Shown here piece by piece: positions 60,798-64,000 of a stretch of 64,000 nt of DNA. Both the position numbers and the translations under genes were made by a program. Numbering within the stretch: the first letter of the stretch is position 1; each line of letters starts with the position of its first letter. The stretch is from assembly GCA_900617105.1 (NCBI GenBank), contig UYFQ01000001.1, positions 3,100,001 to 3,164,000 on the forward strand, in the 5' to 3' direction. This stretch comes from Hydrurus foetidus (lineage: Eukaryota). The notes beneath the pieces are model-generated. The model was given only the letters and a program-made list of their open reading frames with translations. It was not told where the DNA came from and did not search any database.

Positions 60798-60851
60798 AGA
60801 CGCGCGGCACCATCTGGTTTGCCATATCGCAAAATCTTTCGGAGTTACTAA

Positions 60852-63269
60852 ATGAATCACGATACCCATCCGGCAATCAACGAATTGATGGACCCAGATG
60901 ACCGCGACAACAACACCAGCGGTAATCCGCATTTAAATGATGTTTTAGCACTGCGCATGCACCGCCGCTATGTACTTAAAGGCGGCGTTGGCGCGATGAC
61001 GATGGCAGGCCTGGGCACGTTGGGCTTGGCAGCCTGCGGCGGCGGCGGATCTGACACCCCGCAGGTTTCCGCTGCACAGCCGCCAGTTGGCCCTGCAGCC
61101 AATGCTGGTCCCGTGTTGGGTTTTAAAGGGGTCGCCAAAGCAACAACTGATCGCGTGACTGTGCCTGAGGGCTACACAGCAACCGTGATCTACGCAACCG
61201 GCGACACACTAGACACAGGTGCTGACTATAAAAATGACGGCACAGATGGCAACTTTGCCCGCCGCTCAGGTGATCACCACGACGGCATGCATTTCTTCGG
61301 GCTGAGCGCCACTGGTGCGCCATCAACGACGACAAACGACCGGGCTTTGCTGGTCATCAACCACGAAAACATTTCTGGCACCGTGCAGTTTATGCACCCA
61401 ACGGGTCAGACTAACACTGCCATCACTGCAGGCCCGCGCCCAGAGTCTGAAGTAGTCAAAGAAATTGAAGCGCATGGGGTATCAATTGTTGAGATTGCCA
61501 AGACCAATGGCAAGTTTGGCTATGTAAAGGGCTCGACCTTTAATCGCCGCATTACCGCGTCTACTCTGATGGAGTTGACCGGCCCAGTACGCGGCACTGA
61601 TTTTGTGAAAACGGTGTTTTCTACAGCGGGCACGCAAACCCGCGGCACCGTCAACAACTGCGGCAACGGCTACACGCCTTGGGGCACGTACCTAACGGCC
61701 GAAGAGAACTGGGCAGGTTACTTTATTCGCGGCGCAGACACCGCAGTGCGTACGCAGAAGGACAACAGCGCGCTGCTGCGCAATGGCATTCGCCCGCCGG
61801 TGGCGCCAGCGTTGACGGCTTCTGGCTTTGCGCACCAGCGCTGGTCGTCAGTGGTGCCAGCAGATGCTGCAAGTACCGACTTCAGCCGATGGAACATTAC
61901 CGCCGATTCGGCCAAGGCAGCCAATGGCACGGGTGACTTCCGCAACGCCGCCAATACCTTCGGCTACATCGTTGAAATTGACCCGTACAACCCCACGTCT
62001 GTCCCCGCCAAGCGCACCGCGCTGGGTCGCCGTGCCAACGAAGGTGCATGGCCTGGCTTGGCTGTGGTGGGCCGTCCAGTCGCGTTTTATATGGGGTGCG
62101 ATTCGCGCGGCGAGTACATCTATAAATTTGTGTCTAAGAAGCTGTGGGTTGCGGCGGATGCCAACACCACAGACCGTTTAGCCACGGGCGCCAGCTACAT
62201 GGACGAAGGCACGATTTACGCGGCGCGATTCAATGCCGACGGCACAGGTACTTGGGTCAAATGCGACCTGAGCAACCCGCTGGTCGCGGCCGGCGTGCCA
62301 ATCAGCACGCTTAACCCAGCAGGCTACACGTTTGACAGCCTGGCCGACATTTGCGTGAACACCCGCCTGGCCGCTGGTGCTGCAGGTGCAACCCGCATGG
62401 ACCGCCCCGAGTGGACATCGGTAAATCCAAAAACAGGCGAAATCTACGTCACCTGCACCGAGAACCCAGACCGCGGGGGTGCAGCCACAACGAACAACAA
62501 CATCCCCATGGCCGACGTCGACGCCGCCAACCCGCGTTATTGGGTTGACGCAAAAGGCATTACATCGCAGAACGCAACGGCTGTTGCGGCGCAACGCGGC
62601 AACGTCAACGGCCACATCATGCGTTTGCGCGAAACTGGTGACAACGTAGCGGCTGAAACTTTTGCCTGGGACATTTTCTTATTTGGCGCGCAGGCAGTGG
62701 CTGACGCCGGTTTTGACGACGTTAACTGGCAAGCCAATGTGAACTTGTCCAAGCTGAGCGCGCTGAACGATTTGTCTAAGCCAGACGGCTGCTGGTTCTC
62801 AAGGGCCAGCGGCATTTTGTGGATTGAGACCGATGACAATACCTTTACCGATCAGTCCAACGCTATGCTGCTGGCGGCTGTTCCAGGCACCACCGGAGAC
62901 GGCGGCCCTCTCACCGTTGTGAACCTGCCCGGCGGCAGCCCCGACCGCACCGTGACTGCCAACAAATCGGTGGTGACCTACGCGGGCAAGCCAATGACCG
63001 ACACCATCTTCAAACGGTTTTTGACTGCGCCCACCGGCTCTGAAGTAACTGGCGTGGCAGAGTCACCAGATGGCAAAACCCTGTTCGTCAACATCCAGCA
63101 CCCCGGCGAAAACACAACTGCCACAGGCTTTACAGCCGGCATTTTTGAAAGCAACTGGCCAGCTAACGGCGGCGGTGTGGTGGCCTATGGTGCGGGCGGC
63201 GCATCTGGCCGGCCCCGTTCGGCCACTGTCATGATCACCAAAAACGACGGCGGCATCATTGGTTTGTAA
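60852..63269 (+). CDS. phoX: PhoX-family alkaline phosphatase (Tat lipoprotein)
   Basis: HRRYVLK, LAAC, GDHHDGM, NNCGNGYTPWGTYLTAEEN, MDRPEW, NIQHPGE. Confidence 0.93.
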   Translation: MNHDTHPAINELMDPDDRDNNTSGNPHLNDVLALRMHRRYVLKGGVGAMTMAGLGTLGLAACGGGGSDTPQVSAAQPPVGPAANAGPVLGFKGVAKATTDRVTVPEGYTATVIYATGDTLDTGADYKNDGTDGNFARRSGDHHDGMHFFGLSATGAPSTTTNDRALLVINHENISGTVQFMHPTGQTNTAITAGPRPESEVVKEIEAHGVSIVEIAKTNGKFGYVKGSTFNRRITASTLMELTGPVRGTDFVKTVFSTAGTQTRGTVNNCGNGYTPWGTYLTAEENWAGYFIRGADTAVRTQKDNSALLRNGIRPPVAPALTASGFAHQRWSSVVPADAASTDFSRWNITADSAKAANGTGDFRNAANTFGYIVEIDPYNPTSVPAKRTALGRRANEGAWPGLAVVGRPVAFYMGCDSRGEYIYKFVSKKLWVAADANTTDRLATGASYMDEGTIYAARFNADGTGTWVKCDLSNPLVAAGVPISTLNPAGYTFDSLADICVNTRLAAGAAGATRMDRPEWTSVNPKTGEIYVTCTENPDRGGAATTNNNIPMADVDAANPRYWVDAKGITSQNATAVAAQRGNVNGHIMRLRETGDNVAAETFAWDIFLFGAQAVADAGFDDVNWQANVNLSKLSALNDLSKPDGCWFSRASGILWIETDDNTFTDQSNAMLLAAVPGTTGDGGPLTVVNLPGGSPDRTVTANKSVVTYAGKPMTDTIFKRFLTAPTGSEVTGVAESPDGKTLFVNIQHPGENTTATGFTAGIFESNWPANGGGVVAYGAGGASGRPRSATVMITKNDGGIIGL

Positions 63270-63322
63270 ATAGTCCAAATGCTGGGCAGCCTTGCCGCTA
63301 ACAACGGCCAACACCCCTGAAG

Positions 63323-63356
63323 GCTTGGCAAGTGTCACACTCGCCAAGCTTTTTTT
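63323..63356 (+). terminator. Intrinsic terminator after phoX
   Basis: GCTTGGCAAGTG-T-CACACTCGCCAAGC followed by a T run. Confidence 0.75.
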
Positions 63357-63420
63357 GCTATATTATTAGTAGCTGTTTTCGCCCAAATTGATTGGGCTGC
63401 AAGCCTATAAAGCAAGAATT
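63356..63420 (+). repeat. Family A motif
   Basis: TGCTATATTATTAGTAGCTGTTTTCGCCCAAATTGATTGGGCTGCAAGCCTAT. Confidence 0.85.
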
Positions 63421-63513
63421 TTTAGCCAATTCAGGCACGCAATCGACTTTTCGCCGCGATAGGTCAAGTTTGCAGTGGCAGACAGTCAGCCTGGCCTCAC
63501 ACTGCGCAGCCAG

Positions 63514-64000
63514 CTAGTCCGCGCGGGTAAAGCGAACGGCAATGCGTGTGCCGGGGCTGTCTGCGGGGGCAGCTGGCCAGGCGTCTTCAATGCTGACGGT
63601 GGCGCCGTGCTGCTGCGCAATCTCTAGCACGATGGCCAAGCCCAGGCCAGAGCCATCAACATTGGTGCCCAGCGCCCGGTAAAACGGCTGAAACACCAGC
63701 TCGCGTTCGGCTTCTGGAATGCCCGGGCCCGAGTCTTCAACCAGCAGCACCAGCGTGCCGCTGAATACGTCGACCAGTACGCGAAGAGTCACCTGGCCGT
63801 GTTCGGGGGTGTAGGCAATAGCGTTGTCAATCAAATTGCGCAGCAACTCTTTGAGCAGCGTCGGGTTGCCCTCAAGCAGCGTTGACGGGCCGCCTAATTC
63901 GGGCCCGTCGTAACCCAGGTCGATTTGCTTTTCGAGTGCGCGCGGCACCGAGTCAGCCATCACCTCGTTGGCCACCATCACCATGTCAACCGGCTGCTTG
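63514..64000 (-). CDS. Sensor histidine kinase, C-terminal HATPase part (truncated by window edge)
   Basis: LLRNLIDNAIAY, VEDSGPGIP, FQPFYR, GSGLGLAIV. Confidence 0.92.
   Translation of the reverse strand, partial: KQPVDMVMVANEVMADSVPRALEKQIDLGYDGPELGGPSTLLEGNPTLLKELLRNLIDNAIAYTPEHGQVTLRVLVDVFSGTLVLLVEDSGPGIPEAERELVFQPFYRALGTNVDGSGLGLAIVLEIAQQHGATVSIEDAWPAAPADSPGTRIAVRFTRAD

Overview
A gene-dense chromosomal segment of a GC-rich betaproteobacterium. It looks like Comamonadaceae (Polaromonas/Rhodoferax-like), inferred from gene order and protein sequences. Most of it is housekeeping: argS, SPOR, dsbA, lptAB, rpoN, recG, queA, tgt, phaM, cinA, pgpA, rsmI, yraN, gmhA/diaA, BON, pilTU, yggS, glcB, pgk, azlCD, fmt, def, LysM, dprA, IOR and two divergent phoX. 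Small accessory islets hold several toxin-antitoxin loci (intact, decaying or orphan), a candidate single-gene anti-phage effector and a deleted argP/lysE pair. No rRNA, tRNA, CRISPR, integrase or transposase was found. The most striking signal is a ~60-bp DNA motif (family A, approximately TGCTAT-W8-(T/G)AGCTGCTTGCGCCCGTATTTATTGGGCTA..TATTT) seen about 18 times. Seven copies lie inside open reading frames (rpoN, PIN, cinA, an oxidoreductase, yggS, fmt, dprA), and most seem to overwrite coding sequence rather than insert into it. A second, GTAG-containing REP-like family (B) is strictly intergenic. All protein calls come from motif recognition by eye; no database searches were run.
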